A stretch of DNA of 48,697 nucleotides from Pontiella desulfatans (GTDB lineage: Bacteria > Verrucomicrobiota > Kiritimatiellia > Kiritimatiellales > Pontiellaceae), in the NCBI GenBank assembly GCA_029287275.1, contig JARFRL010000178.1, positions 1 to 48,697 on the forward strand. The letters are read 5' to 3'. The position numbers and the translations under genes are program-made. Positions 10,841-19,162 of the stretch are shown piece after piece; position 1 is the first letter of the stretch; each line of letters begins with the position of its first letter. The notes under the pieces are model-generated. The model was not told the origin of the DNA, did not search any database, and worked only from the letters and a program-made list of their open reading frames with translations.

Positions 10841-13075
10841 TTAGTCTTCGATCGCGCGGTAGAACCGGTTCGTGGTACCGCGCATGGAATCCAGTTCATA
10901 GATCCAATCGCCGGTGCTCTCATGAGCCTCGCCAATGTTGGTCCACGAGCCATCGGTCAGATCGGAGGCCATCTGAATGTTGACGGTGGTTCCGGTTCCC
11001 TTCGGCATATATCCGATTTCCGCCGCGGGCAGCATGATCAGATCGCTGTTTGGCACGCTGGTGATCTCGAGCGGATCGCTGTTGCCCTGCAGTTCGACCA
11101 AGTCAGAGAAGGTGTCTCCATCCGAGTCGGCCTGCTTGGGATGGGTTCCCAGCTTCATCTCGGCCAAGTTGTTGAGCCCGTCCTCATCCCAGTCGTCCGT
11201 GCCGGACTGGCTCGTGATGTCGCCGAAGTTCTCGATTTCCCACGAGTCCACCAGACCGTCGCGGTCGACGTCGATGCCGCCGGTGAGATCGTCGATGGAG
11301 GCGCGGAGGATGGCCGCCGCGTATTTCGGGTTGTGCACCCCGTGGCTGCCGTCTTCCTCGATAAACAGGTAGTTGTACGCGCCCCGCTTCAATTCAAGGG
11401 TATTGAACTGGGAAGACATGGCATACAAATCGACCTCGGGTGATCCATAAGGCGGCAACAGCATGCCCAACTCATACATCAGATGGCCGATTTCGGTCTG
11501 CACGCCCTCGATCAAGCCATCGCGGTTGTAGTCTTCCCCGCCGAAGTCGAAGTCTTCGATCTCGCCGTGGCAGCTCGAGCAGGCCTCTGTCAGATGGATG
11601 ACCGCGTTCGTACCGTCATCGTAGGACAACGTGAAGGAGTGGCCGCCAACCTTGTTTTTGGCGTAATCCGGCAGTCCGGAAGGCGTTTCCTGCATATGGC
11701 ACTCCACACAGGAGTTCTCAACAACGGTCATATGCGTGGAGGAAGGCATTTCCTGGCCATACTCAATGGCGTTCGCCCCAGCCAGCAAATCACCCTGCGG
11801 ACCATGGTGCGGGCCAAAATACTTGCTGGCATTCCCGTATACATAGCTTTCACCGTCGCGGCGCGCCTTATGACAGGACATGCAGACCAGGCCGGCACCG
11901 CCGTCCGTGACCACATCACCGTTGCCCAACTCAACACTCTCGATGGCGCGTGTTTGATGAACGCCGTTGCCCGGACCATGCGGATCGTGGCAGGCCGCGC
12001 AAGTGATGCCTTCCTTGAAGTCGGCCCGCACCGCGACGAACTCGCCGTCCTCGTTCATGCCGGGATCGTTTTCGTCGATGAATCCCGCGGTGGTGTGACA
12101 GGCGGCGCAGGAACCCGAGCGATCCACTTCCGTGCGACCATGCAACGAGGTGCCCCATTCGAAATTTTTCACGTGGTGCGCGACCGCGTCGTGGCACTGG
12201 CCGCAATTGCCCGCGCTCACGCTGATGGAGATCTTGGAGGGATCACCACCCGTGCGCATGTGTTCCTGCGCGGGGCCATGGCAGTTTTCGCACTGCACGT
12301 TGGATTTATTCTGTAGCTCGACCGGCATATCGTCCCAGTTGTTGGTGGCCAACGGCGGGAAGGTCCAACCGAGTTCGGTGGCAATATCGTCGAACCCGTC
12401 ATTAACCGCGCCGGGCGTCGTGTCGTAACCGACCGAGTGGCACTTGATGCAAAAAGAGCGGAAATGGCCTGTCGGATCGTTGATGCTATCCTTCAGCGCC
12501 GCGGAATGGTGCGTCATGTTGAAGTCGTCCTGCTTGCTGGCATGACATAGCGAACAGGCGGAATTCTGACCGATGAAGACCGAACCGACCACTTCGAGCG
12601 TGGCGTCAAGCGTTCCGTTGGTGGTCACGGCTTGCGCTGAAATATAATACGTTCCTTTTACATCGGGAACAATCACGGCGCGATCAATCACGTCGAAAGC
12701 AACCCGATCCACGGAGTCGTAGGTCGGCATGCTCGAGGGCAATGGACTGTTCGTGATGGTCGCGGTGGAGTTTAAGATGGGCTCATCATCCAAATCCAGC
12801 ACTTGATCCAAGTTCCAGACGGCCTGCGTCACGACCGTGCCGGCTTTAACCATCAGCTCGAGATAGACCGGCTGGCCGAGTCCCACGACCGGAGCTCCTC
12901 CGGACGTTTGCGTGGCGCCATCCAGACCATAATCCAGAATTTCCTGCGGCGTGAGCGGCCGAGAGTTGATTTTGACATCCTGCGCCCGAACCTCGGTCGC
13001 GTGTAAGCCAAGGAGGATGGTCGCCGCCATCATGATTCCCCAAGCCCCGAATTTGCTTTTGCTTCGCTTCTTCAT
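10841..13075 (-). CDS. Secreted nonaheme c-type cytochrome with N-terminal PKD/Ig-like region, Ca-binding DxDxDG repeats and a C-terminal 'RFYR' domain
   Basis: Sec signal ending VRA. Nine CxxCH motifs: CSLCH, CIKCH, CENCH, CGQCH, CAACH, CAACH, CMSCH, CVECH, CSSCH. Motifs HHGPQGD, GGHSF and EDGSHGVHNPKYA (resembling the tail of c552/OmcB-type proteins). Repeats DVDRDGLVD, DWDEDGLNN, DSDGDTFSD. Ends TNRFYRAIED. Confidence 0.9.
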   Translation of the reverse strand: MKKRSKSKFGAWGIMMAATILLGLHATEVRAQDVKINSRPLTPQEILDYGLDGATQTSGGAPVVGLGQPVYLELMVKAGTVVTQAVWNLDQVLDLDDEPILNSTATITNSPLPSSMPTYDSVDRVAFDVIDRAVIVPDVKGTYYISAQAVTTNGTLDATLEVVGSVFIGQNSACSLCHASKQDDFNMTHHSAALKDSINDPTGHFRSFCIKCHSVGYDTTPGAVNDGFDDIATELGWTFPPLATNNWDDMPVELQNKSNVQCENCHGPAQEHMRTGGDPSKISISVSAGNCGQCHDAVAHHVKNFEWGTSLHGRTEVDRSGSCAACHTTAGFIDENDPGMNEDGEFVAVRADFKEGITCAACHDPHGPGNGVHQTRAIESVELGNGDVVTDGGAGLVCMSCHKARRDGESYVYGNASKYFGPHHGPQGDLLAGANAIEYGQEMPSSTHMTVVENSCVECHMQETPSGLPDYAKNKVGGHSFTLSYDDGTNAVIHLTEACSSCHGEIEDFDFGGEDYNRDGLIEGVQTEIGHLMYELGMLLPPYGSPEVDLYAMSSQFNTLELKRGAYNYLFIEEDGSHGVHNPKYAAAILRASIDDLTGGIDVDRDGLVDSWEIENFGDITSQSGTDDWDEDGLNNLAEMKLGTHPKQADSDGDTFSDLVELQGNSDPLEITSVPNSDLIMLPAAEIGYMPKGTGTTVNIQMASDLTDGSWTNIGEAHESTGDWIYELDSMRGTTNRFYRAIED

Positions 13076-13141
13076 TTTGACCTCCGTGGCTGACTTTCAG
13101 CCGATCATTAACAACCTACCCTGTCCCTCTTTTTTCCAAAA

Positions 13142-14236
13142 TCAGCTGGCGACCGCGATCGCGGCCTTCGCGCGCGTCTTGTTTCCCGCCGCCCGCCGGC
13201 GCCGGAACTGTTCGAGCAGATTCTCGATTTCCCGCGTGATGATCGCCTCGCAGCGTTCCAAATCGTTTTCCCAGCGGCCCAACGTCTGGTTCACGGACGA
13301 TTCGAGCGCGTCGATATCGCGCAGATGCACGCCCTCGATCAGGCCAACCTCCGGATCCACGTCGCGGGGAACCGCGATGTCAATAATAACCAAAGGCTGG
13401 TCCGGCCGGGCTCGCATGACCGCCTCGACCGCTTCGCGCTGGATCACCGTCTGGGAACTTCCGGTGGAACTGATGACCACGTCGGCGTCGGCCATGGCGG
13501 CGAACATTTCGGAGAACGGCACCGCGGAACCCTTGAACTCGGTGGCGAGCGACTCCGCGCGCTCGAGCGAACGATTGGCCACCACCACGTCGCACTCCCC
13601 CTTTTTCCGAAGGTGGAGCAAACAGCAGGCCGCCATTTCGCCGGCCCCGATCATGAGGACCGAATGTTTCTTCAGTCCGCCGGAACCAAGCGCTTCTTTG
13701 GCGAGCGCGACGGCCTCGCCGCCAACGGAGCGCGCGCCGCGGCCGATTGAGGTTTTTGCGCGAACGGCTTTCGCGGTCCGCAACGCGGTCTGGAAGACAC
13801 TGTTCAGTACTTTCCCAACCAGCTTCGCTTCGCGGGCCGCCTCGTAGGCGTCCTTCACCTGACCGGTGATTTGGGTTTCGCCCAACACCATGGAATCCAG
13901 GCTGCTGGCGACTTTAAAAAGGTGTTTCAGGGCGTCGAGCCCGCAATGGCGGTAGACGTGCGAGGACAGGCTCGGCATTTCGCGGACGAGGCATCCGAAA
14001 ATCGCCTCCAGGTCCGGGTTCCCGCCTTTGGCGACCACGCCGTAGATCTCCACGCGATTGCAGGTCCACAGCACGACCACCTCGGAAAGCCCGGCTTTGA
14101 GTTTGAGAAGGCGGCTTACTTCGATCCGATCCGGATGGGCGATCGCCATGCGTTCTCGAACATGCACCGGAGCCGTGCGGTAGTTGACTCCCGCAACAAA
14201 GAAACCGCTATCCAAGGCATGTTTCGAAGTATTCAT
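13142..14236 (-). CDS. hemA: Glutamyl-tRNA reductase
   Basis: GVNYRTAP, catalytic TCNRVE, SLDSMVLGETQITGQVK, GAGEM and DIAVPRD. At 364 aa the dimerisation domain is short. Confidence 0.93.
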   Translation of the reverse strand: MNTSKHALDSGFFVAGVNYRTAPVHVRERMAIAHPDRIEVSRLLKLKAGLSEVVVLWTCNRVEIYGVVAKGGNPDLEAIFGCLVREMPSLSSHVYRHCGLDALKHLFKVASSLDSMVLGETQITGQVKDAYEAAREAKLVGKVLNSVFQTALRTAKAVRAKTSIGRGARSVGGEAVALAKEALGSGGLKKHSVLMIGAGEMAACCLLHLRKKGECDVVVANRSLERAESLATEFKGSAVPFSEMFAAMADADVVISSTGSSQTVIQREAVEAVMRARPDQPLVIIDIAVPRDVDPEVGLIEGVHLRDIDALESSVNQTLGRWENDLERCEAIITREIENLLEQFRRRRAAGNKTRAKAAIAVAS

Positions 14237-14251
14237 CGTATTATAACCGGA

Positions 14252-14824
14252 TCATTCGGCAGGTCGCTCGTGTTTGATCTTTTCGTAGGCCTGCGCGACG
14301 TCAAATCCTGTTTTCGTTCCGTCCGGCAAGGTGTAGCGGTTCGGATCCCAAGTTGGGCCGGAGTCGTTGTGGCAGAGCACGCAGCTCTTTTCCTTGGCGG
14401 GATAGATCATGCCGCCGGCGATGGACAACTCGCGGCTTTCCATGGTGGATTTCTTTTTGTAGTCGGCTCCGGGGCCATGGCAGGACTCGCAGGACACGCC
14501 GTCTTCAACCGCGACCGCTTCGCTCTGGAGCGTTTCCGTGAAGAAATAGGCGGTGGAGTGGCATTTCAGGCATTGGCCGCTCGTCCGCGGATCGTCGATA
14601 CCCAGCTTCGCGCCGACGGCTTTGGCTTCTTCGCCCGCCAGTATTTCGTAGGCCTTGGCGTGATTCTTTGACATCCAAACGCCATATTGATCGCCCTTGT
14701 CGGCCTTCTTGTGGCACATCGCGCACCTCTTGGTGCCGATCAGTTTGGCGGGATCGCCCGATTGACTCCATCCGGAGGCGATGAACGCGAAGGTTAGCGA
14801 AATACTCAGCATTAATGTCTTCAT
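14252..14824 (-). CDS. Periplasmic tetraheme cytochrome c (cytochrome c554 family)
   Basis: Signal peptide MKTLML...SGWS. Four CxxCH motifs (CAMCH, CLKCH, CESCH, CVLCH). W-x3-HAKA and GVSCESCHGPG c554-type signature. GAGGT upstream of ATG 14824. Confidence 0.88.
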   Translation of the reverse strand: MKTLMLSISLTFAFIASGWSQSGDPAKLIGTKRCAMCHKKADKGDQYGVWMSKNHAKAYEILAGEEAKAVGAKLGIDDPRTSGQCLKCHSTAYFFTETLQSEAVAVEDGVSCESCHGPGADYKKKSTMESRELSIAGGMIYPAKEKSCVLCHNDSGPTWDPNRYTLPDGTKTGFDVAQAYEKIKHERPAE

Positions 14825-14918
14825 ATCTAATTTCCACCTCGTTAACCCATCCAGCCGAACCAAACCTACCTGATTGCGATGGTCACATTTAAATCATCAC
14901 ATCGACCCTGTTGCCAGA

Positions 14919-14942
14919 ATAAAAGACCCAGACCTCTAATTT
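14919..14942. promoter_or_regulatory. Candidate Rrf2 operator, copy 1
   Basis: ATAAAAGAC-N6-CTCTAATTT upstream of the c554-type gene. Resembles the copies at 15600 and 15640. Confidence 0.3.
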
Positions 14943-15093
14943 GTATTTAGTCTATTTAACCTAGGAGTAGAACAAAAGATGAGGAGGAGGCAAGGCGTGA
15001 ATCAATAAATGCATATAGTTGTTCTTTAGTACTATATGGAATATTCGCCCATTTCAGGGCGACGAAAAGCGGCCGGATTCACACTCCGGGCGC

Positions 15094-15531
15094 TTAGCCG
15101 TTAGAATGAAGCGCGGCCGGATGGTTTTTTTGAGTTTCAAGCACGTCCGAAAGCTTGACGCGCTCCAGCTCCCGCTTGATCTGTTCACGGTTTTTTATCC
15201 AGAATTTGTGCGCGGGGCATTCGTACTCGTTGCCACAGGAGTCCAAACCAAACAAACAATTACCCAGAAACGCGTCGCCTTCCAGCGCGACGCTGATATC
15301 CAGCAGGCTGATCAACTTCGCGGGGCGAGCCAGCCAAACGCCCCCTCCCGCGCCGCGTTTGGATTCGATAATCCCCGTGTTATTAAGCTTTTTGACAATT
15401 TTCGCCAAATAGGGCCGGGGAACGCCGGAACACTCCGCCAAGTCCTTGACGCTCACCGGCGGGCTCGCGTGACCGGCCAGACACGTCAAGGCCCGAACCG
15501 CGTGGCCGGTGGTCTGGGATAGTGACATCAT
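15094..15531 (-). CDS. Rrf2 family transcriptional regulator with candidate Fe-S ligands
   Basis: wHTH YLAKIVKKL...IIESKRGAGGGVWLAR and C-terminal CLFGLDSCGNEYECPAH (3 Cys + His). Confidence 0.92.
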   Translation of the reverse strand: MMSLSQTTGHAVRALTCLAGHASPPVSVKDLAECSGVPRPYLAKIVKKLNNTGIIESKRGAGGGVWLARPAKLISLLDISVALEGDAFLGNCLFGLDSCGNEYECPAHKFWIKNREQIKRELERVKLSDVLETQKNHPAALHSNG

Positions 15532-15599
15532 ATCGTAGCTCCTTCTTCAAGTCTCGCTAAGCGCAAGGTATCATGCCTGGCCGGGCGCGCCAAGATTTA

Positions 15600-15663
15600 A
15601 TAGAAGACATTAATATCTACAATCTATTCGGACATGGTTTAAACAAACCCCGCGGTCTCTATT
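15600..15663. promoter_or_regulatory. Candidate Rrf2 operators, copies 2 and 3, in the divergent rrf2/imcH-like promoter region
   Basis: ATAGAAGAC-ATTAAT-ATCTACAAT (15600-15623) and TAAACAAAC-CCCGCG-GTCTCTATT (15640-15663), both imperfect 9-6-9 inverted repeats. A TTGACT -35-like hexamer follows at 15668. Confidence 0.35.
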
Positions 15664-15768
15664 CTCCTTGACTATAGCTATCTCCCTACTCATCTTTCAT
15701 GAGAACCATCCACGAAACAGTCTTAACGTGAACGAGATATCCACACTAGGCCAAATGCTGGAGAGCAC

Positions 15769-17253
15769 ATGACCCAACCCTTGGAGAGGCGGAACTTGAC
15801 GCACAACCTCATCAGCCTGCTTGGCATGGTGATGGCCGCGTTCGGATTCATCGTTGGCGCCACGCTGATTTATGTCGATATGCAACACCACTTCGACAAT
15901 CCCTACACCGGCCTGTTCACCTACCTGGTCGTACCCGCCATCCTCGCGGGCGGACTGCTGCTCATTCTGATTGGCGCCATCGTGGAAAAAAAACGGCGCG
16001 CGCGCCAAGGAACCGAGACCTCGCGCCTCCCGGTCATCAACCTCAACGAGACGCGGCAATTCAGGGTCTTTCTGGCCGTCGTCGTCACGACCTTGCTGTT
16101 CATCGCGATCAGCGTGGTCGGCGGATACCGCGCCTACCACTTCACCGAGTCGGTCGAATTCTGCGGAAAAACCTGCCATAGCGTCATGAAGCCGGAATAC
16201 ACGGCCTATCAGAATTCCCCGCACGCCAACGCGGGCTGCACCAAATGCCATATCGGTCCGGGCGCGGACTTTTTCGTGAAGGCCAAAATCAACGGCCTTT
16301 ACCAAGTCTATTCCACGATGTTCAACAAATACAACCGGCCCATCCCCGCGCCGGTGCACAACCTGCGGCCCGCCAAGGAAACCTGCTACACCTGCCACTG
16401 GCCCGAAAAGTTTTTCGGCGCGACCGAGCTCAAACGCACCTACTTCCGCGCCGACGAAGAGAACAGCCCTTGGACCATTCAGATGCTCATGAACGTGGGC
16501 GGAGGAAACGCGTCCAAAAACGGCGCCAAAGGCATTCACTGGCACATGGCGTCCGACGTGAAAATCGAATACATCGCGGCCGACGAGAAACGGCTGGAGA
16601 TCCCCTGGGTGCGCTTGACCGGCGCGGACGGCGTTCCGACCGTCTTCCAAACCGCCGGCGAAGAACTCACGGACGAACAGGTCGCGGCCGCGGAAATCCG
16701 GACCATGGACTGCATCGACTGCCACAACCGGCCCACCCACCAATTCCACTCGCCGGAACGCGCGCTGAACGACGCGCTCACCAGCGGAGAGCTCGATTCC
16801 GCGCTGCCGGAAATCAAGCTCAACGGCATCGACGTGCTGACGGGTGAATACGAAACCGAAGGCGAAGCCCTTAGGGCGATCGACGCCAAGCTGACCGCCG
16901 CCTATCCCGACGCGGGCGAGGCGCTGGAAAAGGCCATCTCCGCCATCCAAACCATCTACGCGCGGAATATTTTCCCCGAAATGAAAGTCAGCTGGGAGGG
17001 CTACCCCGACCACATCGGCCACATGATCACGCCGGGTTGCTTCCGCTGTCACAACGGGGATCATGAAAACGAGCAAGGCCGCGTCATTACCCGCGATTGC
17101 GCCTCGTGCCACAGCATCATCGCCCAAGGACCGGGCGTGGACGTCACGAGCGTCAACACGGGAGGGCTGGAATTTAAACACCCTGAGGACATCGATGAAG
17201 AATGGAAAGAAACCCGCTGCGATGACTGCCACACCGGTGTCCCCGTCATGTAA
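15769..17253 (+). CDS. imcH: ImcH-like inner-membrane NapC/NirT-family heptaheme cytochrome c (quinol dehydrogenase)
   Basis: Three N-terminal TM helices (NPYTGLFTYL...), then TESVEFCGKTCH (CX3CH) and six CxxCH motifs (CTKCH, CYTCH, CIDCH, CFRCH, CASCH, CDDCH). Also GIHWH and NIFPEMKVSW..YPDHIGH. Size and 3TM/7-heme layout match Geobacter ImcH as I recall it. Confidence 0.82.
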   Translation: MTQPLERRNLTHNLISLLGMVMAAFGFIVGATLIYVDMQHHFDNPYTGLFTYLVVPAILAGGLLLILIGAIVEKKRRARQGTETSRLPVINLNETRQFRVFLAVVVTTLLFIAISVVGGYRAYHFTESVEFCGKTCHSVMKPEYTAYQNSPHANAGCTKCHIGPGADFFVKAKINGLYQVYSTMFNKYNRPIPAPVHNLRPAKETCYTCHWPEKFFGATELKRTYFRADEENSPWTIQMLMNVGGGNASKNGAKGIHWHMASDVKIEYIAADEKRLEIPWVRLTGADGVPTVFQTAGEELTDEQVAAAEIRTMDCIDCHNRPTHQFHSPERALNDALTSGELDSALPEIKLNGIDVLTGEYETEGEALRAIDAKLTAAYPDAGEALEKAISAIQTIYARNIFPEMKVSWEGYPDHIGHMITPGCFRCHNGDHENEQGRVITRDCASCHSIIAQGPGVDVTSVNTGGLEFKHPEDIDEEWKETRCDDCHTGVPVM

Positions 17254-19162
17254 GCCACTCCTCCCGCTCATTCTAGGCGTCGCCGCCTTCTGGCTGGCGC
17301 TCGCGCCCGCGAACGCGGTTGAAATCAAAAATTCCGAATGCCTGGAGTGCCACGGCGAGGAGGACGCGGAGCCGTTCATCAACGGCCATCTGTTCGAGGG
17401 ATCCGTTCACGCCGACAACCAATGCGTCAGTTGTCATAGCGACATCACGGAGGCCATGCACGACACCCCGTTGAAAAAAGTCGACTGCTCCGAGTGCCAC
17501 GACATCGAGTCGGAAATCTATCTTCAAAGCTCGCATGGACAGGCGTTGCGCAAGGGGCGCGACCAAGCCGCCACCTGCAAAGACTGCCACGGCGACGCCC
17601 ACCGAATCGTATACTCGAAAAACCCGGAATCCCCCATAAACCGCGGCAACATCGCCAATACCTGCGCGCGCTGCCACGGCGACGTGGAGGAGATGAAAAA
17701 GTTCAACCTGCATCAGCTCGCGCCCATCGACAGCTACGAACACAGCGTCCACGGCCTCGCCAATCAGAACGACGGCTCGTTTGCCGCCACCTGCACCGAC
17801 TGCCACGGCTCGCACAACCTGCTGAAATCGACCAACCCAGAGTCAAAGCTCTACTGGCGGAACATTCCCAACACCTGCGGAAAATGCCATGAAAACATCG
17901 CGCGGACCTTTTCTCGCAGCGTCCACGGCGAAGCCGTCGCGGAAGGCGTCAAAGACGCGCCCACCTGCACCGACTGCCACGGCGAGCACGAGATCGCCGC
18001 CGTCGCGTCCGCGGACTCCAAGGTCTCGTCCGCGAATATTTCCGAAACCTGCGCGTCCTGCCACGCCGCGGAACGCATCGTCACCAAATACCGTTTGCCC
18101 AAGTTCGCCGTTGAAACCTACATGGACAGCTACCACGGCCTCTCCATGCGCCTCGGCTCGGTCACCGCGGCCAACTGCTCCTCCTGCCACGGCAAACACG
18201 ACATTCTGCCCTCGTCCGACCCGCGCTCCTCCATCCATCCCGAAAACCTGCGAAAAACCTGTAGCGTCTGCCACGCCGGCGTGACCGATCTGGTGGCGCG
18301 GGGGCAGATTCACTCCGGCACGCGGCCAGGCATGCAGAAAACCGCCAGTTCCGTCGTGCGCAACATCTACGTCATCCTCTTCCTCGTCGTGCTCGGCGGC
18401 ATGCTCTTCCACAACGCGCTCGACCTCTTCCACAAACTCCGCGAGCACTTCAAAAAGCTCAAGGCATCCGAAGGCGGCCCCCATCGGATGACCGTGAACG
18501 AGCGGATCCAGCACGCGATTCTCGCGACGACGTTCATCGTCCTCGGCTACACCGGCTTCGCGCTGGTCAACCCCGACGCCTGGTGGGCGCGGCCCTTCGT
18601 CGGGAACACCTACGACTTCCGCGGGTACGGTCATCGCCTGATGGCGATCCTGTTCATAGGGCTGAGCGTCTACCATTTCGGCTACGTGTGCTTCACCAAA
18701 CGCGGCCGCTGGCAGATCAAGCAACTCGCGCCGCGCTGGTCCGACTTCGTTCACTTCGGGCAGATGATCGGCTTCTACATGGGCCTCCGCAAGGAACGCG
18801 CCCGCTTCGAGCACTACAGCTACATCGAAAAGGCCGAATACTGGGCGCTCGTCTGGGGCTCCGTCATCATGGTGCTCACCGGCGCGCTGATGACCTTCAA
18901 CACCTGGACGCTGGCCCACTTCCCGAAATGGTTCCTCGATGTCTGCATCGCGATCCACTACTACGAAGCCATTCTCGCCTGCGCCGCGATCATCATCTGG
19001 CACTTTTACTTCGTCATGTTCGATCCCGAGGAATATCCCGTCAAATGGACCTTCATCTCCGGACGCGAAGGCCCGTCGGACAAGGAGCGCCTCAGTCCCG
19101 AGGAAAGCACCATCGGCAAAAAGAAAGAGAAGAAAGCCGCCCAAAAGGAGACCCGCGAATGA
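17195..19162 (+). CDS. cbcL: CbcL-like bc-type cytochrome: 11-heme periplasmic c domain fused to a diheme cytochrome b membrane domain
   Basis: Signal peptide ending ANA. Eleven CxxCH motifs (CLECH through CSVCH) with repeated S-V-H-G units. FdnI/HydC-like cytochrome b helices ERIQH, GHRLMA, KAEYWALVWG, IHYYEAILA...WHFY. Start set at ATG 17195 (GAGGA upstream); 17222 is an alternative. Confidence 0.8.
   Translation: MKNGKKPAAMTATPVSPSCKPLLPLILGVAAFWLALAPANAVEIKNSECLECHGEEDAEPFINGHLFEGSVHADNQCVSCHSDITEAMHDTPLKKVDCSECHDIESEIYLQSSHGQALRKGRDQAATCKDCHGDAHRIVYSKNPESPINRGNIANTCARCHGDVEEMKKFNLHQLAPIDSYEHSVHGLANQNDGSFAATCTDCHGSHNLLKSTNPESKLYWRNIPNTCGKCHENIARTFSRSVHGEAVAEGVKDAPTCTDCHGEHEIAAVASADSKVSSANISETCASCHAAERIVTKYRLPKFAVETYMDSYHGLSMRLGSVTAANCSSCHGKHDILPSSDPRSSIHPENLRKTCSVCHAGVTDLVARGQIHSGTRPGMQKTASSVVRNIYVILFLVVLGGMLFHNALDLFHKLREHFKKLKASEGGPHRMTVNERIQHAILATTFIVLGYTGFALVNPDAWWARPFVGNTYDFRGYGHRLMAILFIGLSVYHFGYVCFTKRGRWQIKQLAPRWSDFVHFGQMIGFYMGLRKERARFEHYSYIEKAEYWALVWGSVIMVLTGALMTFNTWTLAHFPKWFLDVCIAIHYYEAILACAAIIIWHFYFVMFDPEEYPVKWTFISGREGPSDKERLSPEESTIGKKKEKKAAQKETRE

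Noticed and set aside
10841-13075. Calling the 9-heme protein NrfA or an octaheme nitrite reductase because of the DGSHGVHN tail
   Set aside because: There is no CxxCK active-site motif, and the porin context and extracellular-type domains argue against it.
13076-15093. GEMM-I (cyclic dinucleotide) riboswitches upstream of cytochrome genes, as in Geobacter
   Set aside because: No GEMM-like two-hairpin consensus was seen in the intergenic segments here or upstream of 20675.
16162-16179. CX3CH motif in the ImcH-like protein as a novelty in itself
   Set aside because: A CX3CH first heme site is, to my recollection, common in this NapC/NirT subgroup. Used only as supporting detail.
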